Shown in pieces: positions 9,095 to 18,521 of a stretch of 64,000 nt of DNA. The notes beneath the pieces are model-generated. The model did not search any database, was not told where the DNA came from, and was given only the letters and a program-made list of their open reading frames with translations. The stretch's first letter is position 1; each line of letters opens with the position of its first letter. Source of the DNA: an uncultured Bdellovibrionales bacterium (GTDB taxonomy: Bacteria; Patescibacteriota; Minisyncoccia; Moranbacterales; UBA1568); contig CAZCNN010000002.1 in assembly GCA_964500505.1 (NCBI GenBank), positions 4,081 through 68,080 of the forward strand, given 5' to 3'. A program made the translations under genes and the position numbers.

Positions 9095-10069
9095 ATGCGT
9101 CAAAAATTTGACTTTGTCGGTCCAAACATAACTCCCAAGGCTGAAGTACGGGCGACACATGCTCTGGCGTTGGCGCAGAGACAAGAAAATACTTTTCACA
9201 AAGAGGAACTCGAAAAGACTCCTGGTGAGCGAGCCGCTATCGAACTCTTTGATAAATTCCTCAAGCAAGAATTTCTTGAATTGGATATTCCAGAAGTGCC
9301 TGAATTACGTCCTGATCGATTCCATGTCATGTCTGAGGCGTGGTTTAGTAAGCACAGGAATAAGAGTACTCAGGGTTCTTATGTGCACCTCTATGACAAA
9401 ACTCTCATTTCTCGCGAACGTCCCGGGTCCCCGGTGCAGGTATACACGACGATACTCCATGAAGCGATACATTCTGTAGCCAAGCTTAAAATCCGTTTGA
9501 GCGGCGAAGAAGCTATCCCTACGATCTATCGTCTCGGATATGATATAAAAAATACCTCTGATACAGATAACGCGCATGCTCATCTCGTCGGCTTCAATGA
9601 GGGCGTGGTTGAGCTCACGACCCAAGACATTTTTGAAAAACGAGAAAAGGAAATTGCAGCGCGATTGAACCTTTCAAAGCGAGAGATGGAAGAAGCCAAA
9701 TTTTACTATGCGGATGGTCGTGCCGTCACGCGATCACTTTGTCATGGTCTGGGAGAGGCGACAGGTGTAGGTCCCAAAGTGGCTTGGGATAAAATTAAGC
9801 GAGGTCAGTTTACGGGAGAAATGATGCATTTACGCGATATAGAACGCACCTATGGCAAAGGATCTCTACGGATACTAGACGCTCTCGATGTAACGTCGGA
9901 CCTATCAACGGCTCAAACAATTGAACAGGAAAAAATTTCACGCAGAAACGAGCAAATCCGGGCCTATTTTGAGAGTTATGATCGGCCGGGTCAATCACTA
10001 GCTGTTACAAGGAGTCGCCTAGCCATCGCTATCTTGGGGCTTGAGGGCTACAAGCAGTATTGTCAGTAA
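9095..10069 (+). CDS. hypothetical protein with HExxH motif (ILHEAIHSV)
   Basis: ATG start 12 nt after the trpS stop. No family recognised. A single HEAIH motif suggests a possible zinc-dependent hydrolase. Confidence 0.5.
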   Translation: MRQKFDFVGPNITPKAEVRATHALALAQRQENTFHKEELEKTPGERAAIELFDKFLKQEFLELDIPEVPELRPDRFHVMSEAWFSKHRNKSTQGSYVHLYDKTLISRERPGSPVQVYTTILHEAIHSVAKLKIRLSGEEAIPTIYRLGYDIKNTSDTDNAHAHLVGFNEGVVELTTQDIFEKREKEIAARLNLSKREMEEAKFYYADGRAVTRSLCHGLGEATGVGPKVAWDKIKRGQFTGEMMHLRDIERTYGKGSLRILDALDVTSDLSTAQTIEQEKISRRNEQIRAYFESYDRPGQSLAVTRSRLAIAILGLEGYKQYCQ

Positions 10070-10404
10070 AAAAGAAAAAGCCTGCCCGAATCGCATACGC
10101 GAAACGTTGCAGGCGGGCCCGCTGCCAGGTTCTGAGGCGGGTTTTGGCTTTGCAACCTGAGAGGGGCCTAGCGCACGGATGTTTCCGGCGTCTTTTCCTG
10201 TTGTTCCGGGACTGAGGGAGGAGCATTCGTAGTCGGACTTTGAATGACCCATGTCCCGGACGCACGCAGTGGCGGGCGGCCAGATGGGTTGAGAGCACGA
10301 AAGCGCTCCATTCGATGGCTTTCAGCCCCAAGTCTTGGCTCAAATTTTTCGGTGGCCATCGTGTATCTCCTTGAGAAGGTACAGACAAGTGGAGTTTCTG
10401 AACC

Positions 10405-10460
10405 AGAAAAAAACCGCCCCATGGCGGTTGTTCACGCTTTGTGGACGGCGGTTTTTTTGT
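10405..10460. terminator. bidirectional terminator-like hairpins (A-run-AACCGCC-CCAT-GGCGGTT ... ACGGCGG-TTTTTTT)
   Basis: Hairpin AACCGCC/GGCGGTT is preceded by an A9 run (a minus-strand terminator). A second GC stem followed by T7 on the + strand lies at ~10445-10458. Confidence 0.4.
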
Positions 10461-10869
10461 GGGTTGGGTGGTTCATTAGTGGATATGGTACACCTCTTTC
10501 CAAAACCGTGCAACCCCATGATTATATAGGGGAGAAACTTCCCAATCGCTCACTCTACAAACGTGTTTCTTCAAAAATACCTTCCCTTTTCTTACCCTTT
10601 CGTAACTGTCGAACATTTCTTTGCTCGCATTGCCGAACAGGGAGCTCTCGGGTCGAGACCGTCCCTACTCGCTCGACTGTTACCGGCACGCTCACAAGAA
10701 ATGTTACCGACGCTACCCGGAGAAAGAAAATGAAAGGTATTTTCGAGAAACTGCGTTATTCAACATATTCCCCCTCACAAGAATCCTCTCGGGCGAATTT
10801 TGAGCCGAAAGCAGGTCTTTTTGTGAAAGCAAAAAGTTTCGGATCAAACTTCAACAAAAATCTCGCTGG

Positions 10870-10897
10870 CCTGCCTGCCGGTAGGCAGGGATTTTTG
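10870..10897. terminator. bidirectional terminator hairpin CCTGCCT-GCCGGT-AGGCAGG with T-runs on both strands
   Basis: Perfect 7-bp stem. GATTTTTG follows on the + strand and GAGATTTTTG follows on the minus strand. Sits 58 nt beyond the pgm stop (10955). Confidence 0.5.
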
Positions 10898-10954
10898 TGG
10901 CCAGAGAGGGTTGCTTGGGAGTGGAGAACCCTTATGTGTGTAGGTCGAAAGAAG

Positions 10955-12316
10955 CTACCCTCTTATGAGCGCAAGGAGTTCGGCTTGCTTTTCAGCCATG
11001 AGTTCGGGGGTATTGGCCTCGAGGTTGAGGCGGAGGAGTGGCTCGGTATTGGATGGACGGACGTTGAACCACCAGTCGGGATACTCGACTTTGAGACCAT
11101 CAAGTTCGTGCTGTTTGCCATCGGCATACTTGGCCTTGAGCGTGGCGAGGACAACGTCTTTATCCTTCACTTCGCTATTGATTTCGCCTGAGTGAGAGTA
11201 GCGACGTAGTTCGGCGACCAGCTCCGATATGGGCTGGCCGGTTTCGGCCATGAGATTGAGGAGCATGAGGGTGGCGAGGGTACTTGCTTCGGCGTTCGAG
11301 TTTTCTTGGAAGTAGTAGTGACCCGAGAGTTCACCGGCAAAGACGGCCCCTTCCTCGGTCATCTGGCGCTTGATATAGGCGTGGCCGACGCGACATTCTT
11401 TGGCTACCCCGCCATTTTCTTCGATGATTTCTTTGACGGCCTTGGAGGAACGGAGGTCATAGAGGACGGTGCGACCAGGGTAGTGCCGTAGGATAGTCTT
11501 GGCGATGAGGCCAGTAGTGAGGTCCATAGGAATCACGGTCCCAGTTTCGTCGACAAACCCGACTCGGTCAGCGTCTCCGTCATAGGCAATGCCGAGATCG
11601 GCGTTGACCTCGGTCACTTTGGCTCGGAGCTCGTCGAGGGTCTCGGTTTTGAGGGGATTGGCTTCGTGGCACTCAAAGGGGTGGGTGAGATCGTTGTAGA
11701 GATTGACCACCGAGAGGTTGTCGGCGAACTGCTCGTAGATCGGGAGTTCAAACACGCCCATGGAGTTGGCGGTGTCGATGGCGATGGTGAAGTGCTTGTC
11801 CTTGAAGTCGGCAAAGGAGGCAAAGTAGCCGTAGTAGGCGTGTTTGATGTCCTCGCTCGTCATCGTGCCACGCTCGGATACGGGAGCCCATTCCTTGCGG
11901 AGGGCGAGGTCGCGAATCTCTCGGAGACCGGTACTTTCACCGACCGGGACCGCCCCGCGGAGGGCGATCTTGAGGCCATTGTATTCTGGGGGATTGTGGG
12001 AAGCCGTGAGAGAGACCGCAGCGTCAATCTCGAGACGACCAGCGGCAAAGTAGACCATAGGTGTGGTGATCACACCGAGGTCAATGACATCGGCTCCACC
12101 ATCCATCACGCCACGAGCAAAGCTCTCAAAGAGGCTCGGGCTCGAGGCGCGGATATCACGTCCGACACCAAGGACCTTGGGCCGGAGGTGCTCGACGACC
12201 GCTCGTCCGATGTGGTAGGCGTCGTCTTCATTGAGCTCGGAGGGGTAAATACCACGAATATCGTAGGCTTTGAAAATACCTAGTTTCATAAGGGCTTCAT
12301 AGGGATTATTGCCCAT
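10955..12316 (-). CDS. phosphoglucomutase/phosphomannomutase (alpha-D-phosphohexomutase family)
   Basis: N-terminal MKLGIFKAYDIRG and the active-site region SLTASHNPPEYNGLK are typical of PGM/PMM. The ORF track extends to 12466; the first plausible ATG (MGNNPYEALMKLGIF) is at 12316. Confidence 0.85.
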   Translation of the reverse strand: MGNNPYEALMKLGIFKAYDIRGIYPSELNEDDAYHIGRAVVEHLRPKVLGVGRDIRASSPSLFESFARGVMDGGADVIDLGVITTPMVYFAAGRLEIDAAVSLTASHNPPEYNGLKIALRGAVPVGESTGLREIRDLALRKEWAPVSERGTMTSEDIKHAYYGYFASFADFKDKHFTIAIDTANSMGVFELPIYEQFADNLSVVNLYNDLTHPFECHEANPLKTETLDELRAKVTEVNADLGIAYDGDADRVGFVDETGTVIPMDLTTGLIAKTILRHYPGRTVLYDLRSSKAVKEIIEENGGVAKECRVGHAYIKRQMTEEGAVFAGELSGHYYFQENSNAEASTLATLMLLNLMAETGQPISELVAELRRYSHSGEINSEVKDKDVVLATLKAKYADGKQHELDGLKVEYPDWWFNVRPSNTEPLLRLNLEANTPELMAEKQAELLALIRG

Positions 12317-12338
12317 AGTATAGCATCCTGATGAGGTA

Positions 12339-12368
12339 TTGACAAAATACCGAAAAAGGAGTATAATG
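12339..12368 (+). promoter_or_regulatory. sigma70 consensus promoter TTGACA-N18-TATAAT
   Basis: Exact TTGACA (12339-12344) and TATAAT (12363-12368) with an 18-nt spacer, ~90 nt upstream of the lipoprotein gene start (12460). Lies in the divergent region between pgm and the lipoprotein gene. Confidence 0.5.
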
Positions 12369-12459
12369 GTATGTTCAGTGCACTCTGCGCTGATCGCGTT
12401 CTTTCCTATCTGCAACGGCCATTTCGGCCACAACCGGGCTTTTGCCCAAGGAGATAGCC

Positions 12460-13767
12460 ATGACAAAATGGCGTCAGTACCTGGGGGCTTTGCTCCTGGG
12501 AATCTTCCTCGCCGCGTGCGGTGGTGGGGGAGCAGGCGGTCCTGTGCAAGTGGTCGAGAAGGCTACTTCGCTCGGTGATGTCAGTCGTGCGGTGGTGAGC
12601 AAGACGACATTGAGTAGTCGATCGCTGACCACCACTCGCGAGCAGGCGCTCGCCGTGAAGGTGGCGCCGACCATCACAGCCCAGCAGCTCATCTTCTGGG
12701 CACAGGACTGGGCGGCAACACAGAAGCCACCGCTCACTCTCTTCACCCCGAAGTGCTCGAAGGTCGAGCGTGCTGAGTTCGAAGGCACCACCTACGACTT
12801 CTGCTTCTACTCAGTGTCGAATGCCTACCTGGGCGTCGATGCCGGGAATGATCGCGGGGTCTATGTCTACCAGAACAACGTCCTCACCAAGTTCGGGACC
12901 CTCTCGGACTACACGTGTGACGTCGATCCGGGGCAGTGCGGTGGCAATAGCGCCGCTGGTACGCTTGACATATCGGCTACGAGCAAGGTGCTTTTGCCGA
13001 ATTACGTCAACGGCAAGCTCACGTACCTGGGGGCTGCCGATAAGAAGAGCTACGACATCACCCTGGGGCAGACCGCCAAGGTGTGCTGGGTGTCCAACCG
13101 CAAAGGTTGGGGAATCGACGCACAGGCGTGTGCTGTCCCGGCAGTCGATGGCACTCTCCGGATGGCCGGGATGTGCTCGAGCGACAAGGGCTTGGTCACG
13201 GTCTGGCGCAATGACCGGACCAAGCCGGAAGAGGCCGAGCTCTGGGTGGACTTCGCGTCGGCCAAGGGTTGGAAGCTTGCGGGCGACTTGTCGCCCAAGC
13301 TGGTCGGCGGGTTCATCGAGTACGGTGGTTACCGCGCAGCCCAGGTGTCCTACCAGAAGGAAGGTGGCAAGCTCACGGTGCGCTTCGGCTCCGACTGTCT
13401 CGGCGGCTTCGTCTACGAACAGACGCCTGGCGTCTGGAAGTTGGCGACGCTCGTGCCGGGTGACATGCGGTTCCTGTGGAACGGCCAGACCAAGCAGGAG
13501 GGATTCCTGACTTGGGACGACACGACCAAGGAATACGTCGTCGTGTTCTCAGGCATTCCGTGCGGCGAACAAGCCAACGTCTCGCTCTATAAGCTCAAGT
13601 CGAAGACGGGCGACGTGGTGGTTTGGGAAGATCAGCCGTACGCATGGCTTGGCATCCCCGATCCTGGCGCTGTCAACCCGCTTTGGGAACAAGGCACCGG
13701 CTTGAGCTTTTTGGTCAAGAAGCTCATCAACAAGGACGAGCGCTCCATCGTCCTCAGCTGCAACTGA
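12460..13767 (+). CDS. hypothetical lipoprotein (signal peptide + lipobox LAAC), high-GC gene
   Basis: ATG at 12460 preceded by AAGGAG (6-nt spacer). N-terminus MTKWRQYLGALLLGIFLAACGGGG. GC clearly above neighbours, with long shadow ORFs on other frames (12770..13510, 12474..12791). Confidence 0.6.
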   Translation: MTKWRQYLGALLLGIFLAACGGGGAGGPVQVVEKATSLGDVSRAVVSKTTLSSRSLTTTREQALAVKVAPTITAQQLIFWAQDWAATQKPPLTLFTPKCSKVERAEFEGTTYDFCFYSVSNAYLGVDAGNDRGVYVYQNNVLTKFGTLSDYTCDVDPGQCGGNSAAGTLDISATSKVLLPNYVNGKLTYLGAADKKSYDITLGQTAKVCWVSNRKGWGIDAQACAVPAVDGTLRMAGMCSSDKGLVTVWRNDRTKPEEAELWVDFASAKGWKLAGDLSPKLVGGFIEYGGYRAAQVSYQKEGGKLTVRFGSDCLGGFVYEQTPGVWKLATLVPGDMRFLWNGQTKQEGFLTWDDTTKEYVVVFSGIPCGEQANVSLYKLKSKTGDVVVWEDQPYAWLGIPDPGAVNPLWEQGTGLSFLVKKLINKDERSIVLSCN

Positions 13768-14046
13768 CCATCGGCCAACGCGCCAACAGCCCCCTCGTTT
13801 CACGACGAGCGGGGCTTTTTCTTTGACCAAAATGCTATTTTCTGAAAGAATGAAGAACATTCAAGAAATACTCTATGAGCCTCAAAGTTGGTACAGTATG
13901 GACTCTACCAGACATGATTCGAGTGATAGCTCGGTGAAATCAATCCCGTTTTCTTTCGTGATAAAGCTACCGCCTCCACTACAAAGGGGAGTAGACTATG
14001 GCTTCAAGCCATCAAAAAAGACTCCATAATCTCATTGGGATTTTCT

Positions 14047-14496
14047 ATGTACACATCGGAAGAAATTGACTATGAATTAGACGATACCTGCCTTATCGTT
14101 CCCGAACATGCAAGAACTCCTTTAGTAAAGGCTCTATCTTATCTACCAGAAGAGATTATTGATTTTGTGGTTGAAAATTGTGTCTTTGTTTCTCTAGATA
14201 AGGAAACCAGAGGAATGTACATGACAATCAATGATTTTCGTCTTGAAAGTAAGACGGGTTTCATTTTCTTCCCTGCCGAGCTCTGGTCCAAGGATGAAGA
14301 AGCCATAGCGTTTGTAGTGGCTCATGAGGTCGCTCATGCGTATAAAGGACATGGGTTTAAAAGTTTCGAAGACACGGAGGCTACTATTAATGGCAGCAGA
14401 GAAAAAGATGCGGACAAGCAGGCTATTGAATGGCTGAAGCCACATTTCAAGGGATCATTCGAGAAGTACATCTATAAGGACTGGCAATTGTCATAA
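14047..14496 (+). CDS. small HExxH protein (putative zinc metallopeptidase, ImmA/IrrE-like size)
   Basis: AHEVAHAYKGH motif. The ORF track starts at a TTG at 14035; the first ATG is 14047. Confidence 0.45.
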   Translation: MYTSEEIDYELDDTCLIVPEHARTPLVKALSYLPEEIIDFVVENCVFVSLDKETRGMYMTINDFRLESKTGFIFFPAELWSKDEEAIAFVVAHEVAHAYKGHGFKSFEDTEATINGSREKDADKQAIEWLKPHFKGSFEKYIYKDWQLS

Positions 14497-14603
14497 GATT
14501 TATCTAGGTTCATATAGTGGTGGAGTATAACCGTACCGTCAAAGGTGCGGCTTTATTTTTTGTCCCAAATAGTGTAAAGTTGTGTTAAGTTGGTAACTTT
14601 CAT

Positions 14604-14792
14604 ATGACTGAACAGAAAAAGGACGAAATCATCACTTTGGCCGAAGCCTCTGAAATTCTAGGCTTCCATCCCAATACACTCCGTAAATGGGACAACACGG
14701 GATTCTTGAAGGCAATTCGGTTTGGTAGGAGAGGGGATAGGCGATATCGGAAAAGTGATATTTTGAAGCTTCTTGATCAAAAGATGAAATAA
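14604..14792 (+). CDS. MerR/excisionase-family helix-turn-helix DNA-binding protein
   Basis: 62 aa. LAEASEILGFHPNTLRKWDNTGFL resembles the Xis/MerR-type HTH. Stops 12 nt before the next gene. Confidence 0.55.
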   Translation: MTEQKKDEIITLAEASEILGFHPNTLRKWDNTGFLKAIRFGRRGDRRYRKSDILKLLDQKMK

Positions 14793-14804
14793 GTAAGAAA
14801 ACCT

Positions 14805-16928
14805 ATGGCAAAGATATCTAAGCTGTTGGATGCGATTAAAGACAAGGAGATTGTTGTTCCTGAATTCCAGAGAGAGTATGTATGGAGTTTGGAGCAGGCG
14901 AAAGAGCTCATGGCATCCTTGTTTCAGGAATATCCCACAGGAAGCATTTTGATCTGGGAAACAACGACTCCTCCAGAAATCAAAAATGATGCAGTCAAGA
15001 AAGATAAGATGGGTTGGATCAAAGTACTTCTTGATGGACAGCAGCGTCTGACGACTCTCTATCTCCTCATAAAAGGGGATATACCGCCGTACTACAAAGA
15101 ATCTGAGATCACTCATGATCCACGGCATCTGTTTTTTAATCTGAGAACAGCGGAGTTTAATTACTACCAGAAGCAGAAAATGGAGGAGAGCCCTTTCTGG
15201 AAATCGGTCGTGAGCTGCTTTAATGATAAGTTTGATGCCTTTACTCTGGTCGAAGGCCTGCATGTAGAGGATGCTAGGGAAAAACTGGAAATCGGAAGCA
15301 TTGTAAATAAGAATCTTGTCCGATTGCGGGCAATAGCGGATATCGACTATTTTGAACAGTCGGTTCCGCAGGGGCTAGATATTGATAAGGCCATCGATAT
15401 ATTCGACCGGGTTAACTCGATGGGGACGAAGCTTACGGAAGCGGAACTGGTCCTGACACATGTTGCTGGGAGATGGCCACAAGCTCGCCGGGTCATGAAA
15501 GAGAAAATAGATGCCTATGAGAAAGCCGGGTTCTCCTTTGAGTTGGAATTCCTGACCCGTTGCTTTGTTGTGCTTCTCACGAACTCGGCTCTGTACGAAA
15601 AAATGACAGATGAAATTTATAAGAATACGACGGAGGAAATTTACAAGGAGACATGGGAAAAACTGGTGAAGATACTTGACTATATCATTCCTATTCTCAA
15701 GCAGTCTGCCTATATCAGTGGGAGTCGTGATATGAACACGAATAATGTTCTTGTTCCGCTGATTGCTTATTTGTCCAAGAACGGCGGGATCTTTAGCCCT
15801 GAGCTCAAAAATCAATTTTTGCGCTGGATGTTTCTCGCTCTTATCTGGGGTCGGTACAGCGGTCAGACTGATCAGCGTTTGGATAAGGATGTTTATCTGG
15901 CAATCAGTAGTCCACAGCCGGTGTCGGATCTCATCAATGAGATTGAGGACTTGCGAGGAAGGATAGAAATTAAGCCAGCCGATCTCGAAGGCCGTGGCTC
16001 AAGCCATCCGCTCCACCGTATGCTCTATGTGCTGGCGAAATACAACAAAGCGACAGATTGGGCGAATGGCGGTTCGCTACAAGATACAATGGGTGATTAC
16101 TATAGCATCCAGAGTCACCATGTTTTTCCACAAGCATTTTTGTACAAGAACGGATACGACTCAGAAAATCACTTAGACAAGAAAAAGGTGAATGAGATTG
16201 CCAATCGAGCATTCATTACACGAGATACGAATTTTGATATCTCAGACAAACAGCCTGTCGATTATCTGGAAGAAGTTTCTGCGAAATACCCTGAGGCGCT
16301 TGGTCAACAGTTGATACCGACAGAAAAGTCTTTGTGGGAAGTTGGAAAATACAATGAATTTTTGACTGCCCGAAGAAAAATGATTGCGGATTCGGTTAAT
16401 GCCTTTTTAGATCACCTGAAAGGAGTGGAGACTGAAGAGGTGGTTAATTACGAGGAGGACATCAAGGCGGGAGAGAGCGACTACCTTGAATTCAAGTCCT
16501 CGCTTCGTTGGGATTATGAGCAGGGGACAACGAACAAGCTGATGGAGTATGTTGTTGCTAAGACGATAGCGGCATTCATGAATTCCGAGGGCGGGAAGCT
16601 CTTTATCGGAGTGAATGATGCCGGGAAGGTTCTGGGTATTGAAAAGGATTACGAGACATTGAAAAACAAGAATCGAGACAGTTTCTTGCTCCAGCTGACT
16701 CAGGTGATCAATAATTATCTGGGCAGGGAGTTTAATCAGTATGTTGGAATAAAAATTGATCAGGTGGGTGGTAAAGATATATGCATTGTCGATGTGGCCA
16801 ATAGTGCAATGCCGGTGTATCTGAAAAATAATGACAAGGAAGAGTTTTATATCCGAGCGTCCGCTTCCTCGCAGCCGATGAGTATTAGAGAGGCCAATGA
16901 GTATATTCGAACACGCTGGGAGAGCTAG
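14805..16928 (+). CDS. GmrSD-like type IV restriction/defence protein: DUF262 (ParB-like NTPase) + DUF1524 (His-Me/HNH nuclease) fused to C-terminal AlbA_2/Schlafen-like domain
   Basis: DUF262 motifs PEFQREYVW and DGQQRLTT. DUF1524 motif IQSHHVFPQAF. C-terminal ~150 aa (ESDYLEFKSSL...AFMNSEGGKLFIGVNDAGKVLGI) matches the AlbA_2/Schlafen 'putative DNA-binding' domain. Confidence 0.75.
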   Translation: MAKISKLLDAIKDKEIVVPEFQREYVWSLEQAKELMASLFQEYPTGSILIWETTTPPEIKNDAVKKDKMGWIKVLLDGQQRLTTLYLLIKGDIPPYYKESEITHDPRHLFFNLRTAEFNYYQKQKMEESPFWKSVVSCFNDKFDAFTLVEGLHVEDAREKLEIGSIVNKNLVRLRAIADIDYFEQSVPQGLDIDKAIDIFDRVNSMGTKLTEAELVLTHVAGRWPQARRVMKEKIDAYEKAGFSFELEFLTRCFVVLLTNSALYEKMTDEIYKNTTEEIYKETWEKLVKILDYIIPILKQSAYISGSRDMNTNNVLVPLIAYLSKNGGIFSPELKNQFLRWMFLALIWGRYSGQTDQRLDKDVYLAISSPQPVSDLINEIEDLRGRIEIKPADLEGRGSSHPLHRMLYVLAKYNKATDWANGGSLQDTMGDYYSIQSHHVFPQAFLYKNGYDSENHLDKKKVNEIANRAFITRDTNFDISDKQPVDYLEEVSAKYPEALGQQLIPTEKSLWEVGKYNEFLTARRKMIADSVNAFLDHLKGVETEEVVNYEEDIKAGESDYLEFKSSLRWDYEQGTTNKLMEYVVAKTIAAFMNSEGGKLFIGVNDAGKVLGIEKDYETLKNKNRDSFLLQLTQVINNYLGREFNQYVGIKIDQVGGKDICIVDVANSAMPVYLKNNDKEEFYIRASASSQPMSIREANEYIRTRWES

Positions 16929-16943
16929 CACGAGTGAAATTCC

Positions 16944-18521
16944 TTGAGCAAAAAAGAAATAATTATGGCCACCAAGAAAGTCCAAAGTGAAAAATCGCTC
17001 GAGAAGTGGATCTGGGATGCCGCCTGCGCCATCCGGGGTTCAAAAGATGCCAGCAAATTTAAGGACTATATCCTCCCGCTTATCTTCGTGAAGCGGCTCT
17101 GTGATGTCTTTGATGATGAACTTCGGACCAAGATCAAGGCGGCAACGCTCTCTGATGGGAGGAAAAAAGCCAAGCTCGACAACAGCCGGGTGCGTTTCTA
17201 TATTCCTATCACTCCGAAGAATCCAGAGGACGATACTTGGAGTGCAATCAGGTCGCTCTCAAGCAATATTGGTCAGGAGCTCACTCGGATCATCCGGGAA
17301 GTGGCAGCGAGCAACCCCTTGCTCGATGATGTCATTACGAGGGTGGACTACAATGCGACGACCCGGGGAGAGCGAGAAATTGACGACCATCAGCTCTCCA
17401 ACTTGATCGAAGCAGTGAGCCAGAAGCGGCTCGGTTTGAATGATGTCGATCCGGATATCATCGGGCGAGCGTATGAATACCTCATCCGAAAGTTTGCGGA
17501 GAATTCCGGTAAATCCGGGGGCGAGTTCTTCACTCCGCCAGAAGTCGGACAAATCATGGCTCGGATTATGAACCCGGAGCCAGGGATGCATATCTATGAC
17601 CCGACTTGTGGCTCGGCAGGACTCCTCATCAAGTGCGAGTCGGTGTTGAATGACAGAATGCAGAGTGAGGGGAAAAAGGTGTTTACCCCACTTAGTCTCT
17701 ATGGTCAGGAAAAGGAGACGGACAACTGGGCGATGGCCAAGATGAACATGATAATCCATGACATGGAGGGTGATATAGAGACAGGTGACACCTTCAATAA
17801 TCCGAAATTCAAGGATGCAACAGGGCACGGCGTGCGGAAGTTTGATCGGGCGGTAGCTAATCCGATGTGGAATCAACCTGATTTTCGAGAGGAAGTTTAT
17901 ACCGATGATGCTTACCATCGTTTTCCGGCAGGGAATCCTGGCGGTAAAGCGGACTGGGGCTGGGTGCAGCATATCTTCTCAAGTCTAAAAGACGATGGTC
18001 GGGCGGCTGTGGTTCTCGATACGGGTGCTGTTTCTCGGGGAAGTGGAAGTGCTAATACTGACAAAGAGAAAGAGGTTCGGAAATGGTTTATTGAGCACGA
18101 CTTGATCGAGGGTGTTTTATATCTACCAGAGAACTTGTTTTACAACACAACTGCGCCGGGGATCATTCTCTTTCTGAACAAGCAGAAACCCGAAAAGCTC
18201 AAAGACAAGTTACTCCTCATTAATGCCAGTCATGAATTCGAGAAGGGCAATCCAAAGAATTACATTAGCTCGGAGCAGGCACAGAAGATCGCTGATGCTT
18301 TCAATGCAAAAAAAGTGGTAGAGAATTTCAGTGTGTTCGTTTCGAAGTCGGACATAGTGAAAAATGACTACAACATTTCGCCGTCGAGGTATATCCATCT
18401 CGGCGGAGTAGAGGAGTATGTGCCAGTGGAAGATATCTTGAGTGATCTAGTCGAAGTTGAGACTAAGGCAAAAGAAGTGGATAAGAATCTCCAAAAGGTG
18501 CTAAAAGAGCTTGGATTCTAG
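16944..18521 (+). CDS. hsdM: type I restriction-modification system methyltransferase subunit (HsdM, N6-adenine MTase)
   Basis: HsdM N-terminal domain. SAM motif I DPTCGSAGLL. Catalytic motif NPMW (an NPPF variant). The ORF-track start is non-ATG; the first ATG is +21 nt (16965). Confidence 0.9.
   Translation: MSKKEIIMATKKVQSEKSLEKWIWDAACAIRGSKDASKFKDYILPLIFVKRLCDVFDDELRTKIKAATLSDGRKKAKLDNSRVRFYIPITPKNPEDDTWSAIRSLSSNIGQELTRIIREVAASNPLLDDVITRVDYNATTRGEREIDDHQLSNLIEAVSQKRLGLNDVDPDIIGRAYEYLIRKFAENSGKSGGEFFTPPEVGQIMARIMNPEPGMHIYDPTCGSAGLLIKCESVLNDRMQSEGKKVFTPLSLYGQEKETDNWAMAKMNMIIHDMEGDIETGDTFNNPKFKDATGHGVRKFDRAVANPMWNQPDFREEVYTDDAYHRFPAGNPGGKADWGWVQHIFSSLKDDGRAAVVLDTGAVSRGSGSANTDKEKEVRKWFIEHDLIEGVLYLPENLFYNTTAPGIILFLNKQKPEKLKDKLLLINASHEFEKGNPKNYISSEQAQKIADAFNAKKVVENFSVFVSKSDIVKNDYNISPSRYIHLGGVEEYVPVEDILSDLVEVETKAKEVDKNLQKVLKELGF

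Noticed and set aside
10070-10954. RNase P RNA / tmRNA / SRP RNA
   Set aside because: I looked on both strands for the GGAAAGUCCGG and ACAGAAACCCGGCUUA blocks, a tmRNA tag ORF with tRNA-like 3' end, and SRP domain IV GGAAGCAGCC. Only weak partial resemblances appeared, so no specific RNA family is claimed.
10244-11191. 315-aa + strand ORF
   Set aside because: It overlaps the 3' end of the convincingly annotated pgm gene on the opposite strand, spans terminator hairpins, and has no motif. Likely spurious.
12770-13510. 246-aa alternate-frame ORF rich in Ser/Arg/Thr
   Set aside because: Shadow ORF inside the high-GC lipoprotein gene; the low-complexity translation is typical of an off-frame GC-rich read.
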